DNA from: Muribaculaceae bacterium
GTDB lineage: Bacteria > Bacteroidota > Bacteroidia > Bacteroidales > Muribaculaceae
Assembly: GCA_029061925.1 (NCBI GenBank)
Contig: JAIDRE010000059.1
Span: 2,193-66,192, forward strand
Length of the DNA: 64,000 nt
Direction of reading: 5' to 3'
The notes under the pieces were generated by a model. That model saw only the letters and a program-made list of their open reading frames with translations, made no database searches and was not told the DNA's origin. The first letter of the stretch is position 1; each line of letters begins with the position of its first letter. The position numbers were made by a program, and so were the translations under genes. Below are positions 1-9,848 of this stretch, piece by piece.

Positions 1-502
1 AAACCACGCCAAGCACAATTGCAAAGATAATAAACCACTGCGCGCGGTCAGAATTTCGACGTGCTGCGGCAACATCTCCGCGATCAAAAGCTGTGTTAAC
101 CTTACTTGCAAAAATAATGGCAATCACGCCCATTATTATATTGCAAAGAATTGTCACGATAATTGCCCAGACAAGATAGTTTGACGGACGTTCTTCAGCG
201 GTTGTTATCGGTGAAACGTTGCAAGGAGACTGCACGGGTTGAGTCCAACTCGGTTCGTCTTGTGAATCCATCGGTTGCTGAGCATACGGCGCTTCAACGT
301 TTTGATCGGAATAATAACGATTCATCATTGCTGCCTCGCGTTGACCGAGGATAAATCTCAGCTCATCGACTTCACCCGCCTTTACCCAATCGGGCAAACC
401 TTCATACCATACCGGAGTCGATGCATTGAAATCGACCTGCGACATCTGTTCTGACTCAAACGGACCGACCTGTTTATTGTTAAGAATAAGCCAATATTTC
501 AT
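1..502 (-). CDS. GYF_2 (DUF4339)-like N-domain + CD225/dispanin-like membrane protein; C-terminal end lies outside the window
   Basis: My own translation of the minus strand from the ATG (complement of 500-502) gives MKYWLILNNKQVGPFESEQM...PDWVKAGEVDEL, then the hydrophobic stretch WAIIVTILCNIIMGVIAIIFASK. It is absent from the ORF track because there is no stop codon in the window. It starts 3 nt after the deoC stop. Confidence 0.6.
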   Translation of the reverse strand, partial: MKYWLILNNKQVGPFESEQMSQVDFNASTPVWYEGLPDWVKAGEVDELRFILGQREAAMMNRYYSDQNVEAPYAQQPMDSQDEPSWTQPVQSPCNVSPITTAEERPSNYLVWAIIVTILCNIIMGVIAIIFASKVNTAFDRGDVAAARRNSDRAQWFIIFAIVLGVV

Positions 503-504
503 TA

Positions 505-1389
505 TTAAAAGAATTTGGTTTCTTCGCCGAGAATATCAGAAAGAAGATTGTTTGCCAAACGGCTTGCACCGATGCGGAAGAACTGGCTGGTCAACCATTT
601 TTCGCCAAGAATTTCCTTTACAAGTGTGTAATACGCAACAGCCTCGGCAGTTGTAGCCACACCACCCGAACATTTAAAGCCTACCATACGTCCGGTTTTT
701 TCGTGATATTCTTTGATACACTGAATCATAACGTATGCGGCTTCGAGCGATGCGCCTGGATATTCCTTACCGGTTGATGTCTTGAGAAAGTCGGCTCCCG
801 AATAAAGAGCAAGGATAGATGCTTTCTTTATATTTTCTGCGGTTTTCAAAGCTCCGGTCTCAAGAATAACTTTGAGTCGGGCATCGCGACAAGCGTGGTG
901 AATTTCGTCAATCTCAGTTGCAACTTCCTCATAGTCACCATCAAAGAAATTGCCGAGGTTCAAAACGATGTCGATCTCGTCAGCACCGCCGTCGATAGCC
1001 AAAGCAGTTTCAGCAATCTTAACTTCAGGGAAAGTCTGAGATGAAGGGAAACCACCTGACACACACGCGATTTTAACGCTTGAAACATCCAAAACGGTGC
1101 GGACAACCTGAGCAAAATTGGGATACACGCAAATTGCAGCCACATTATTCAATTCGGGGTGCTCCTCATCAAAAGCATTGACACGTTCGGTGAAATCAGC
1201 GACTGATTGAGGTGAGTCAGTCGATTTCAATGTTGTCAGGTCAATACAGTTGAACAGAAACTTGTAAACATCGCCGTTTTTGTTCTCGGCGAGATGTTCG
1301 TCAATGATTTTATCAACAGCAAGTTTAACGGATGTATCATCGCCGGTTACTTTGAAACTTTGAATTGCGTCAGTATATTTATCTGCCAT
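505..1389 (-). CDS. deoC: deoxyribose-phosphate aldolase
   Basis: 294-aa ORF with a DeoC-type class I aldolase pattern: GADEIDIV and the Schiff-base lysine context FLKTSTGK. Confidence 0.9.
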   Translation of the reverse strand: MADKYTDAIQSFKVTGDDTSVKLAVDKIIDEHLAENKNGDVYKFLFNCIDLTTLKSTDSPQSVADFTERVNAFDEEHPELNNVAAICVYPNFAQVVRTVLDVSSVKIACVSGGFPSSQTFPEVKIAETALAIDGGADEIDIVLNLGNFFDGDYEEVATEIDEIHHACRDARLKVILETGALKTAENIKKASILALYSGADFLKTSTGKEYPGASLEAAYVMIQCIKEYHEKTGRMVGFKCSGGVATTAEAVAYYTLVKEILGEKWLTSQFFRIGASRLANNLLSDILGEETKFF

Positions 1390-1402
1390 AATATATTGAA
1401 TT

Positions 1403-1759
1403 TTAATTGTTTAATTTCTCATTATTTTTGTGGCGGTCAGCGTCGCGCCTTGTTTTCTTTTCGAGATTGCGCTTGAACGCATCGGTCAAATCGACTCCCG
1501 TCTGGTTTGCGATGGCAACTGTCACCCAAAACAGGTCAGCAAGTTCATCGGCAAGCTCGGGTTGTTCACCCGGTTTGAACGACTGGTCACCATAAATCCG
1601 AGCCATCTGACGCGCCACCTCGCCTGTCTCCTCAGCGAGAATCGCCATATTGGTCAACGGAGAGAAATAGCGCACCCCGACCGTCTTAATCCAGTTGTCA
1701 ACAATCTGTTGCACCTCGGCGAGAGACATCGACTCTTTTATGTTTTCAGCTTCGTTCAT
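1403..1759 (-). CDS. MazG-like nucleotide pyrophosphohydrolase
   Basis: 118-aa all-helical protein with acidic metal-binding motifs (LAEETGEVARQ, ELADELADLFW) typical of small MazG-family enzymes. Confidence 0.75.
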   Translation of the reverse strand: MNEAENIKESMSLAEVQQIVDNWIKTVGVRYFSPLTNMAILAEETGEVARQMARIYGDQSFKPGEQPELADELADLFWVTVAIANQTGVDLTDAFKRNLEKKTRRDADRHKNNEKLNN

Positions 1760-2208
1760 TCTTTCAATCGAGAATCAATTATAATTGTTACCGGACCATC
1801 GTTTACAAGCGACACCTTCATGTCAGCACCAAAGATACCACGTTGCGGTTCATGTCCGGTCAATCGGGCAAGCTCGGCACAATAGCATTCATACAAAGGA
1901 ACAGCTAAATCATGACCTGCCGCACGGATATATGACGGACGATTACCTTTGCGTGTAGATGCGGTCAACGTGAACTGGCTGATTGCCAAAATACGACCGT
2001 CAACATCAACAACCGATTTATTCATCACGCCATTTTCATCATCGAAAATTCGTAATCCCGCTGTTTTAGATGCAAGCCAGTCGGCATCGGCTACTTCATC
2101 GCCGACCTCGACCCCAACCAGAACCATCAGCCCCGATTCGATTTGTCCAACCGTCTCAGAGTCAACAGTTACATCAGCACGTTTAACCCTTTGAATTACT
2201 ATTCTCAT
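1756..2208 (-). CDS. dtd: D-aminoacyl-tRNA deacylase
   Basis: MRIVIQRV..., SQFTL and NDGPVT motifs. I trimmed the ORF-track start (2253) to the internal ATG at 2208, which gives about 150 aa. It overlaps the next gene by 4 nt. Confidence 0.9.
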   Translation of the reverse strand: MRIVIQRVKRADVTVDSETVGQIESGLMVLVGVEVGDEVADADWLASKTAGLRIFDDENGVMNKSVVDVDGRILAISQFTLTASTRKGNRPSYIRAAGHDLAVPLYECYCAELARLTGHEPQRGIFGADMKVSLVNDGPVTIIIDSRLKE

Positions 2209-2391
2209 TTTTCTTTTGACGTGATTAAAAACCATCCTACATTGAGGATACACAAAAGTAATATTTTTTGTTCAAACAAACACAAACTTAACCGCTCAAA
2301 AACAAAAGTAGCCTGTTTTTTGTATTGATTTTAATTAATGTATCTCAATTTTAAATCTAATTTTGTAATTTTGTAACTTAAATATACAATT

Positions 2392-3177
2392 ATGCAGGTT
2401 AAACCTAAAAAAGCTCTCGGTCAACACTTTTTGACCGATATGAATATAGCAGCCCGAATCGCTGCAACACTCGACGAGTACAAAGGACTCCCCGTTATTG
2501 AGGTTGGGCCCGGAACCGGTGTGCTCACCCGCTTTCTGCTCGATGCCGGGCACGACGTCAAGGTCGTTGAAATTGACACTGAGAGCATCCAATATCTCAA
2601 GGAAAATTTCCCCGAACTCGAAGGTCGCATTATCGAACGCGACTTTTTGACCCTCGACCTCAACGAAGTTGTTCCGGGCAACGGAAAATTCTGTGTAATT
2701 GGTAATTACCCCTACAACATTTCATCCCAGATATTTTTCCACGTACTCGACTATAAAGACCGCGTTGTTTGTTGCTCAGGTATGCTTCAACGCGAGGTTG
2801 CCGAACGACTGGCTGCCCCAGCCGGAACAAAAGCACGCGGAATTTTGTCAGTATTGCTCCAGGCGTGGTATAACGTTGATTACCTTTTCACCGTCGATGA
2901 GAAAGTTTTCAATCCGCCGCCAAAAGTCAAATCGGGAGTCATCAAGATGGTTCGCAACGATGTTGACGACCTCGGATGCGATCCCCGACTTTTCAAAAGT
3001 GTTGTCAAAACATCGTTTGGTCAGCGTCGCAAAACATTGCGCAACTCTTTGCGAGGAATGTTGCCACCCGAAGTTAATCCACAGGTTCTTGAAGGCCCGA
3101 TATGGAGTCAGCGACCCGAACAACTCTCGGTTGAGCAGTTCATTCAGCTGACATCGCTGATTTCATCCTGCCGATAG
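2392..3177 (+). CDS. rsmA: 16S rRNA (adenine1518/1519-N6)-dimethyltransferase
   Basis: KKALGQHFL N-terminus, SAM motif VIEVGPGTGVLT and GNYPYNISS. Two tandem TAATTTTG -7 boxes lie at 2358-2373 upstream. Confidence 0.92.
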   Translation: MQVKPKKALGQHFLTDMNIAARIAATLDEYKGLPVIEVGPGTGVLTRFLLDAGHDVKVVEIDTESIQYLKENFPELEGRIIERDFLTLDLNEVVPGNGKFCVIGNYPYNISSQIFFHVLDYKDRVVCCSGMLQREVAERLAAPAGTKARGILSVLLQAWYNVDYLFTVDEKVFNPPPKVKSGVIKMVRNDVDDLGCDPRLFKSVVKTSFGQRRKTLRNSLRGMLPPEVNPQVLEGPIWSQRPEQLSVEQFIQLTSLISSCR

Positions 3178-3238
3178 GTACCCCTTCCCTCTCCAACTAA
3201 ACCGGTCATTCTGTTAAATCACATAAGCACAAATCACA

Positions 3239-4603
3239 ATGAAGGAACTAAAGCCTGAACAGATAGAAGACATCCGTCACATTATTGACACCGGCGACAA
3301 AGATGCTGCCACTCAGGAGCTCGCCGACATGCACCCCGCCGAGATTGCGGAACTTTATCAGGAACTTGACGAAGAGCAAGGTGAGACCCTGTTCAACATG
3401 CTTGAAGGCGACACGGCTGCCGACGTGCTTATGGAACTTGACGAAGAAGACCGTAAGCGAATCCTCAGCGATATGTCGCCCGAGGACATCGCCACCAACA
3501 TCATCGACCACCTCGATACCGACGAGGCGGTTGACCTTATACAGGAGATGGACGAGGAAGAACGTGACGAAATCCTCTCTCATATCGACGACGTTGAGCA
3601 GGCGGGCGACATCATCGACCTCTTGAAATATGACGAAGACACTGCCGGTGGTTTGATGGGCAAGGAAATGATTGTAGTCAACGAAAACTGGTCAATGCCC
3701 GAGTGTATCAAAGAGATGAGAATGCAAGCCGAAGACGTTGACGAAATATATTATGTATATGTTGTTGACAATGAGCAACGTTTGAAAGGTACGCTTCCTC
3801 TCAAGGAGTTAATCACCCATCCCTCGGTCTCAAAAATCAAACACGTTATGGAGACCGACCCGAAGTCAGTCAAAACCGACACACCGATTGACGAAGTTGC
3901 ACTCGATTTTGAAAAATATGACCTTGTGGCAATGCCTGTCATCGACTCTATCGGACGCCTTGTCGGGCGTATTACCGTCGACGACATCATGGATCAGGTG
4001 CGTGAATCAAGCGAACGTGACTATCAGCTCGCATCAGGTATCTCGTCTGACATTGATGCCGACGACTCAATCTTTGCTCAGGTTAAAGCGCGCATTCCCT
4101 GGCTACTGATTGGTATCGCCTCGGGTATTCTCGCGTCAATAATTCTTTCAACATTCGAGACTCAGCTTGCTGCCGTAACCACTCTTGCGCTGTTCATCCC
4201 GATTATTGGTGGAACAGGCGGTAACGTTGGGGTTCAAGCGAGCGCAATTGTCGTTCAGTCACTCGCCAACGGTTCTCTCGAAATCAAACAGTTTGCCGGA
4301 CAGTTGGGCAAAGAGGTTCTCATCGGACTACTTAACGCCACAATCATATCCGGAGTCATATTTGTCTATAACCTTGTGATGTTGCCCGGTGAATTTGCTG
4401 TCACACTGTCGGTTGCAATGTCGTTGTTTATCGTCGTGATGTTTGCGACAATGCTTGGCACGGTCGTACCGTTGACCCTCGAAAAACTGCACATCAATCC
4501 TGCATTGGCAACCGGACCGTTTATCCAGATTTCAAACGACATTCTCGGTTTGATAATCTACGTTTGGATTTCGACCTACTGCTTGAAAATTTTCGGAGCC
4601 TGA
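3239..4603 (+). CDS. mgtE: magnesium transporter MgtE
   Basis: Acidic MgtE_N region, a CBS pair and a C-terminal transmembrane domain containing IIGGTGGNVGVQ. Confidence 0.92.
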   Translation: MKELKPEQIEDIRHIIDTGDKDAATQELADMHPAEIAELYQELDEEQGETLFNMLEGDTAADVLMELDEEDRKRILSDMSPEDIATNIIDHLDTDEAVDLIQEMDEEERDEILSHIDDVEQAGDIIDLLKYDEDTAGGLMGKEMIVVNENWSMPECIKEMRMQAEDVDEIYYVYVVDNEQRLKGTLPLKELITHPSVSKIKHVMETDPKSVKTDTPIDEVALDFEKYDLVAMPVIDSIGRLVGRITVDDIMDQVRESSERDYQLASGISSDIDADDSIFAQVKARIPWLLIGIASGILASIILSTFETQLAAVTTLALFIPIIGGTGGNVGVQASAIVVQSLANGSLEIKQFAGQLGKEVLIGLLNATIISGVIFVYNLVMLPGEFAVTLSVAMSLFIVVMFATMLGTVVPLTLEKLHINPALATGPFIQISNDILGLIIYVWISTYCLKIFGA

Positions 4604-4604
4604 T

Positions 4605-5093
4605 TTAAAGAATTGTTTCAGCGATTGCCCACACCGCAAGAAAACCTATATAAATAACACCGATTATCTTTATCAGCGTTCCGCTTAAAAATCCGATTAG
4701 CGAACCAACTGCCGATTTAAGCGCAATCTCAAATTCCCTACCGCCGATAAGCTCACCCAACAGTGCGCCCAAAAACGGTCCCGCTATAATTCCTATCGGC
4801 ATAAAAAACAACCCGGCAATTCCGCCTATAAAGCTACCCCACTTGCCGTTGTCTGTACCGTTAAACATTTTAACACCGAGCACGGGCACCACAAAATCTG
4901 ATACAATAGTCAACAGCGTGACCAATCCTGCTATCACAATCCCATACCAACTCATCGCATCGGCCGCCGGAGTGAGCAACAATAGCAAGTAACCGCCAAA
5001 AGCCAGAATCGGCCCCGGAATTACAGGCAAAACACACCCCACAAGCCCGACAACAATTACAACAATCGAAACGATATACAACAAAATATCCAT
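4605..5093 (-). CDS. DUF456-like small membrane protein
   Basis: 162 aa, four to five glycine-rich hydrophobic helices. Convergent with mgtE. Confidence 0.6.
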   Translation of the reverse strand: MDILLYIVSIVVIVVGLVGCVLPVIPGPILAFGGYLLLLLTPAADAMSWYGIVIAGLVTLLTIVSDFVVPVLGVKMFNGTDNGKWGSFIGGIAGLFFMPIGIIAGPFLGALLGELIGGREFEIALKSAVGSLIGFLSGTLIKIIGVIYIGFLAVWAIAETIL

Positions 5094-5105
5094 GTATGGC
5101 CTGAT

Positions 5106-5549
5106 TTACTCGGCGTACAAAGCCTTCATTATATCATTAATGTGATCGTCAATCGTGTTAAGTCCGGTTGACATCATCACTGCAACCATCGTGTCGTTAA
5201 TCGAACGGTTGTCAACGCTTGCCGACATTCTGAATGCCAGTTCGCCATCTTCAGGATCGACAAAGAAATTGCCAAACAAAAGTTTTCTATTAATATTATT
5301 AAGCACTGGTAATATTTTATTTACCTGACTAACGGGAATCGCATGACTCGGAAATACAACCATCGAAAACCATTCGCGCTCTTCATCAAAGAAAAATCTC
5401 AGCTTAATGCGATCATTATCAAGAGTGAAGCCCATATCAAATACTTCATCTTTTTCGTCATAGTGATAGTTATATTCGTTTGAGTCAAGGTAATCCTTAA
5501 TCGTTGTAGCGATTAAGCCCATATTTGCCGGATAGTTTTGTTGATCCAT
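5106..5549 (-). CDS. YbjN-domain (putative sensory-transduction regulator/chaperone-like) protein
   Basis: 147-aa soluble acidic protein whose overall pattern resembles the YbjN family. The assignment is from memory only. Confidence 0.5.
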   Translation of the reverse strand: MDQQNYPANMGLIATTIKDYLDSNEYNYHYDEKDEVFDMGFTLDNDRIKLRFFFDEEREWFSMVVFPSHAIPVSQVNKILPVLNNINRKLLFGNFFVDPEDGELAFRMSASVDNRSINDTMVAVMMSTGLNTIDDHINDIMKALYAE

Positions 5550-5581
5550 CGTTGTGTTTTTATTACTGATTATTACATCTA

Positions 5582-5612
5582 CAAAATTACAAATTCAAAA
5601 ACATTTTGCAAA
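5582..5612 (-). promoter_or_regulatory. Bacteroidota-type promoter for the YbjN-like gene
   Basis: On the minus strand: TTTG (5612-5609), 19 nt, TAATTTTG (5589-5582). It sits about 33 nt upstream of the ATG at 5549. Confidence 0.45.
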
Positions 5613-5625
5613 ACCAAAGGTATAT

Positions 5626-5660
5626 AAAAAATGAAAGTGTACTTCTTCACAGAAGCACAC
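5626..5660 (-). terminator. strand-specific intrinsic terminator
   Basis: Minus-strand RNA reads GUGUGCUUCU-GUGA-AGAAGUACAC. That is a 10-bp stem including one G-U (an A-C mismatch on the plus strand) with a GNRA loop, followed by UUUCAUUUUUU. Confidence 0.55.
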
Positions 5661-5803
5661 CTCCCTCATAACCAAAATTCAAGTATATTTTAATGTCTAA
5701 CAAATCGTTGTCAGAATTAATCTGTTCAATCAATTCAAAATGATTTTTTTGCCTAAACTTTACTAATTCTAATTATGCTAACTTTGTCTTGCTTTTACAC
5801 TTG

Positions 5804-5834
5804 CAAAGATATAGACAATTTTTCAATTAGCAAA
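5804..5834 (-). promoter_or_regulatory. orphan Bacteroidota-type promoter inside the 350-nt intergenic region
   Basis: On the minus strand: TTTG (5834-5831), exactly 19 nt, TATCTTTG (5811-5804). No ORF follows before the terminator at 5626-5660. Confidence 0.4.
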
Positions 5835-5901
5835 GTAAAAATATATAGTTATATCTAAAATAATGTTAATTTATCACCTTTTTTGTGTTAATTTGTCATT
5901 T

Positions 5902-7320
5902 TTACTTCACTTCGACCGACGGATTGACATAATATAAGCAATCTGTCGCACGAGTTGTCGCCGTGTAAAGCCATCGGTATAGGTCAGGCTCGGTATAAGC
6001 TTCGGGAGGAATATAACCCATATCGACAAACACGTTTTCCCATTGTCCGCCCTGAGCTTTATGGCACGTTACGGCGTAGGCAAATTTCACTTGAAGCGCA
6101 TTGAAGTAGGCATCGGTCTTCAACGACCTCAATCTCGCTTCGTATGGAACTTCGGGAGCAAAACGTTCCTCATCATCGACAACAATCTTTGCCAACAATT
6201 CTTGTTTATCTGGCTGAAGCGAAGGGGAATCTGATATTAACGAGTCAAGCACTATCTTGCAGTCGAGTTCCACATCACGGTCTATAAACCGCAACTTCAA
6301 GTCGGCAAACCGCAATCCTCCACAACTCTCAGTACCATAAATTTTCACCACCTCGGCAATATCGCCATTAGCAATAAAGTCCAGACCCTTGACTCCGGCA
6401 CTCCAGAAATAGTTATTTTTTGCCACCAACAGCAAGTCACCACGACACAATTCCTCTTCTCGGTCAAGAATACGCGCCCTGATTGCAAGGTTGAATTCAA
6501 CCGCACGTCGGTTTGACCGCGTAATCATCAATGTGTTTTCAAGTCCGCCACGGCTATAGCATCGCTCCATTATTTCATCCAATTCAATCGGGTCAACAGC
6601 CTTCACATCACTGAAAGGTGTGACAGTCAGAATTGGCGGAACCAACGGGTCGAGCCTCATCATCTTTCGAAGAACCGTAGCATTGTATAAGATTCCCGAT
6701 TGTCGATGTTGACGAACGGTTTCTGTCATCACCACCCGTGTAACCTTCAACCCCATATTAATAAGCACCGCAGGGTCTAATGCCGGACTCGATGTCGTTC
6801 CGACCGGCGGCAACTGTGCCGTGTCACCGAGCAAAATAAGCCTGCATCCAACACCCGAGTACACATATTGAACAAGATCGCTCAACACGCTCCCACTGTA
6901 GCCGTCATTACCCCCAATCATCGAAGCCTCATCAACCACAAACAACGTGTCAATCGACTTATTTTCAGCTCGCTGAGCCCATCCCATTCCGGGACCGACA
7001 CCGGGCAATGCACTTCGGTATATACGCCGGTGAATTGTATAGGCAGGATAACCGGCATATTGGCTGAAGACTTTTGCCGCACGTCCGGTCGGAGCCAACA
7101 AAACCGACTTGACATTGATGTCACGTAACGTCTTGACAAGAGCCGCCGTCACCGAGGTCTTACCAGTTCCGGCATATCCGTTCAACAAGAATACCCCGTT
7201 GGGCGAAGCCGATCTCGAACAAAAACGAGCCAGGGCAGCAATCAATTGTTTTTGCTGCCCTGTCGGTGTATAGGGTAGATTGTCGATGACGCGGAGTGCA
7301 AACTCTTCAGCTTCCATCAA
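5902..7320 (-). CDS. RecD/Pif1-like SF1 DNA helicase (AAA_30 + UvrD_C_2 type)
   Basis: Walker A GYAGTGKTS, Walker B FVVDEASMI, and a C-terminal TCHKAQGGQWENVFV motif. Confidence 0.8.
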   Translation of the reverse strand: MMEAEEFALRVIDNLPYTPTGQQKQLIAALARFCSRSASPNGVFLLNGYAGTGKTSVTAALVKTLRDINVKSVLLAPTGRAAKVFSQYAGYPAYTIHRRIYRSALPGVGPGMGWAQRAENKSIDTLFVVDEASMIGGNDGYSGSVLSDLVQYVYSGVGCRLILLGDTAQLPPVGTTSSPALDPAVLINMGLKVTRVVMTETVRQHRQSGILYNATVLRKMMRLDPLVPPILTVTPFSDVKAVDPIELDEIMERCYSRGGLENTLMITRSNRRAVEFNLAIRARILDREEELCRGDLLLVAKNNYFWSAGVKGLDFIANGDIAEVVKIYGTESCGGLRFADLKLRFIDRDVELDCKIVLDSLISDSPSLQPDKQELLAKIVVDDEERFAPEVPYEARLRSLKTDAYFNALQVKFAYAVTCHKAQGGQWENVFVDMGYIPPEAYTEPDLYRWLYTATTRATDCLYYVNPSVEVK

Positions 7321-7327
7321 TAATCTT

Positions 7328-8815
7328 TTATTTCAAAGACCATTCAAAACCGTCTTTGGTGTCTTTTACGTTAAAGCCGATCTCGGCAAGACGGTCTCTG
7401 ATAAGGTCACTGGTCGCCCAGTCTTTCTTCGATTTAGCCTCTGAGCGTATTGAAAGCAACAGATCCATTGCTTCTTCAAACGGTTTCATAGCGTTGGCAT
7501 CGGTTCCGCTTACCATTTCGTCTCTCATTCCGAGAATCTCAAAGAGGAATGTATCAAAGAGTTGACGAAGATTCTTGATATCCTCGGCAGTTGCTTTTGC
7601 CGACCCGTCATTAATAAGGTTAACAATGCGGCTTGCATCAAAAAGATGAGCAATTACAATTGGAGTATTCAAGTCATCATCCAAAGCCTCATAACATTTT
7701 GTATAAAGCCCTTTGATTTCATCTGAAACAGTTGATGTATCAGACGGTTTCAAGTCATTGATGCGACGATAGCCTTCCAACATTCGCTGATATGCTTTCT
7801 CTGATGCCTGAAGTGCCTCATTTGAGAAGTCAAGAGTCGAGCGATATTGAGCCTGGAGGATGAAAAAGCGGATAGTCATCGGCGAATAAGGTTTTTCGAG
7901 CAACGGATGTTTGCCCTCAAAAAATTCGTCAAGAGTAATGAAGTTACCCAAAGACTTACCCATCTTCTGACCCTTGATGGTAATCATATTGTTGTGCATC
8001 CAGTATTTCACGGTCGGATGTCCGTTATGAGCTACCGATTGGGCTATCTCACACTCGTGGTGGGGGAACTTCAGGTCCATACCGCCACCATGAATATCAA
8101 ACTGTTCCCCGAGATATTTCTCGCCCATTGTCGAGCATTCGAGGTGCCAGCCGGGGAAACCTTCGCTCCAGGGCGATGGCCAGTGCATGATATGTTCGGG
8201 TGACGCTTTTTTCCAGAGGGCGAAGTCGGCAGGATTGCGTTTTTCGCTCTGACCGTCAAGCTGGCGTGTCTCGCTAAGAAGCTCGTCGATGTTACGTCCT
8301 GAAAGAATACCATAATTATGGTCACGGTTATATTTGGGAACATCGAAATAAACCGAGCCTTCGCTCTCATAGGCATATCCGCTTTCAAGAATCTTCTTGA
8401 TATATTCAATCTGCTCAATGATATGACCCGACGCATGCGGCTCGATTGACGGAGGCAAGACATTCAGTTTGACCATCGCCTCGTGGAAACGTGTCAGGTA
8501 ATACTGCACAACCTCCATTGGTTCAAGCTGTTCAAGACGTGCTTTCTTTGCAATCTTGTCCTCACCCTCATCGGCATCATGTTCAAGGTGACCGACATCT
8601 GTGATGTTGCGGACATATCTCACCTTGTAACCAAGATGTTTCAGATAGCGGAACAACACGTCAAAGGTGATAGCCGGACGTGCATGTCCGAGGTGACCGT
8701 CGCCATATACAGTCGGACCGCAAACATACATTCCGACATGTTCGGGATTCAACGGCTTGAAAGTTTCTTTATTGCGTGATAAAGAATTGTATATCGTCAA
8801 ATTATGTTCCTTCAT
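7328..8815 (-). CDS. cysS: cysteine--tRNA ligase
   Basis: HIGH-type motif HLGHARP and KMSKS-type motif KMGKSLGN. The ORF-track start at 8824 is a TTG, so I prefer the ATG at 8815 ([12 protein letters not shown]). Confidence 0.93.
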   Translation of the reverse strand: MKEHNLTIYNSLSRNKETFKPLNPEHVGMYVCGPTVYGDGHLGHARPAITFDVLFRYLKHLGYKVRYVRNITDVGHLEHDADEGEDKIAKKARLEQLEPMEVVQYYLTRFHEAMVKLNVLPPSIEPHASGHIIEQIEYIKKILESGYAYESEGSVYFDVPKYNRDHNYGILSGRNIDELLSETRQLDGQSEKRNPADFALWKKASPEHIMHWPSPWSEGFPGWHLECSTMGEKYLGEQFDIHGGGMDLKFPHHECEIAQSVAHNGHPTVKYWMHNNMITIKGQKMGKSLGNFITLDEFFEGKHPLLEKPYSPMTIRFFILQAQYRSTLDFSNEALQASEKAYQRMLEGYRRINDLKPSDTSTVSDEIKGLYTKCYEALDDDLNTPIVIAHLFDASRIVNLINDGSAKATAEDIKNLRQLFDTFLFEILGMRDEMVSGTDANAMKPFEEAMDLLLSIRSEAKSKKDWATSDLIRDRLAEIGFNVKDTKDGFEWSLK

Positions 8816-8820
8816 ATCTA

Positions 8821-9144
8821 TCAAGCCATAAATGGATTAGGAATATCATCGGGGCCTTTACCCGACGGCGCAGGGTTTACAGGCTGCTTGGGTTTGATTT
8901 CCCCAAATATTTTTTCATATTTTGCAATATTGTCGCGAAGTGTAAACATCAGATTTTTAGCGTTTTCGGGCGACATTATCACACGACTCTGAACGCGAGC
9001 CGGTCCCATATTGGGTACAAGCGATATAAAATCAACAAAAAACTCGTTAGGCGAGTGAGAAATCACCGCAAGATTTGAATAGACTCCGCCGGCAACTTCG
9101 GGCGAAATATCTATCTTGATTTCATTAGGGTTTTTATTGTCCAT
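8821..9144 (-). CDS. DUF3467-like protein
   Basis: 107 aa with [20 protein letters not shown], which I remember as the hallmark of the DUF3467 family. Confidence 0.6.
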   Translation of the reverse strand: MDNKNPNEIKIDISPEVAGGVYSNLAVISHSPNEFFVDFISLVPNMGPARVQSRVIMSPENAKNLMFTLRDNIAKYEKIFGEIKPKQPVNPAPSGKGPDDIPNPFMA

Positions 9145-9161
9145 AATATATTGTATTGTCG

Positions 9162-9848
9162 TTATTTATCAAGTTTTATTATAAATGAATCCATCGGCAG
9201 GTTTGAGTTGTTGATCATCACCTTCAAACTGTTACCGGGAAGCTGTTCTACGATATTCGACAGGTCAAATGCAATTCGATATTCGCGCTCAAAGGTCGGT
9301 TCGCCATCCTCAAGCTGCTGATAAAGATAGGCGGTTGCCATCTCATCACCGAGAGTCGATTTGTCAACCACTAATCCGAACTTGCGCTTGGTAGTCGAAT
9401 ATGGTATCTGAGCCTGTAAAATCAGTCGGTTATACATTGTATAATAACTCATCATATAGATAGGTGTGGAGTTCCACCCCTCTATATCTTTATGTTCTAT
9501 TATCTGACTCTTGATGTTAGTCATTTCTGAGTAACCGATAAGATAAATTTTCCCGCTTGAATAAGCAGTACGATTATCGGGGATTGTATAGCCGATAAAG
9601 GCACAGTCGCCAGGATTAATATTGTTCAGAGTAACCGTTGCGCCTGACGTATAGATAACATCATCGCCGGTTTCGGGATTCACAGTCAAAAACACAGGTT
9701 GCCCGTCAACCGCCCCGTCATAAATCACCACATTGTAATATGTGAACTCGTTGTTCGGCTCATTCTTATCGTTACATGACCACGCTACCGCTGCCATAAT
9801 AAGCATCGGAAGATAAACCGTCAATATTTTTTTCAGTCTATTTACCAT
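9162..9848 (-). CDS. lipoprotein (NigD-like, tentative)
   Basis: The internal ATG at 9848 gives MVNRLKKILTVYLPMLIMAAVAWSCND, a signal peptide plus lipobox Cys. The longer track ORF would overlap the ABC ATPase gene by about 90 nt. Confidence 0.45.
   Translation of the reverse strand: MVNRLKKILTVYLPMLIMAAVAWSCNDKNEPNNEFTYYNVVIYDGAVDGQPVFLTVNPETGDDVIYTSGATVTLNNINPGDCAFIGYTIPDNRTAYSSGKIYLIGYSEMTNIKSQIIEHKDIEGWNSTPIYMMSYYTMYNRLILQAQIPYSTTKRKFGLVVDKSTLGDEMATAYLYQQLEDGEPTFEREYRIAFDLSNIVEQLPGNSLKVMINNSNLPMDSFIIKLDK

Noticed and set aside
163-656. Plus-strand ORFs 163-354 and 426-656 at the window start
   Set aside because: They overlap the better-supported minus-strand GYF/CD225-like gene (1-502) and deoC, and have no recognisable features.
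3178-3238. Possible Mg-sensing riboswitch (M-box) upstream of mgtE
   Set aside because: Only about 60 nt are available and I saw no extended pairing. An M-box needs roughly 160 nt or more.
5600-5672. A 24-codon ORF (MREVCFCEEVHFHF...) on the minus strand, preceded by a GAGGGAGG-like stretch, within the candidate sRNA
   Set aside because: It runs straight through the terminator hairpin and U-tract, and Bacteroidota do not rely on Shine-Dalgarno sequences. It is most likely not translated.
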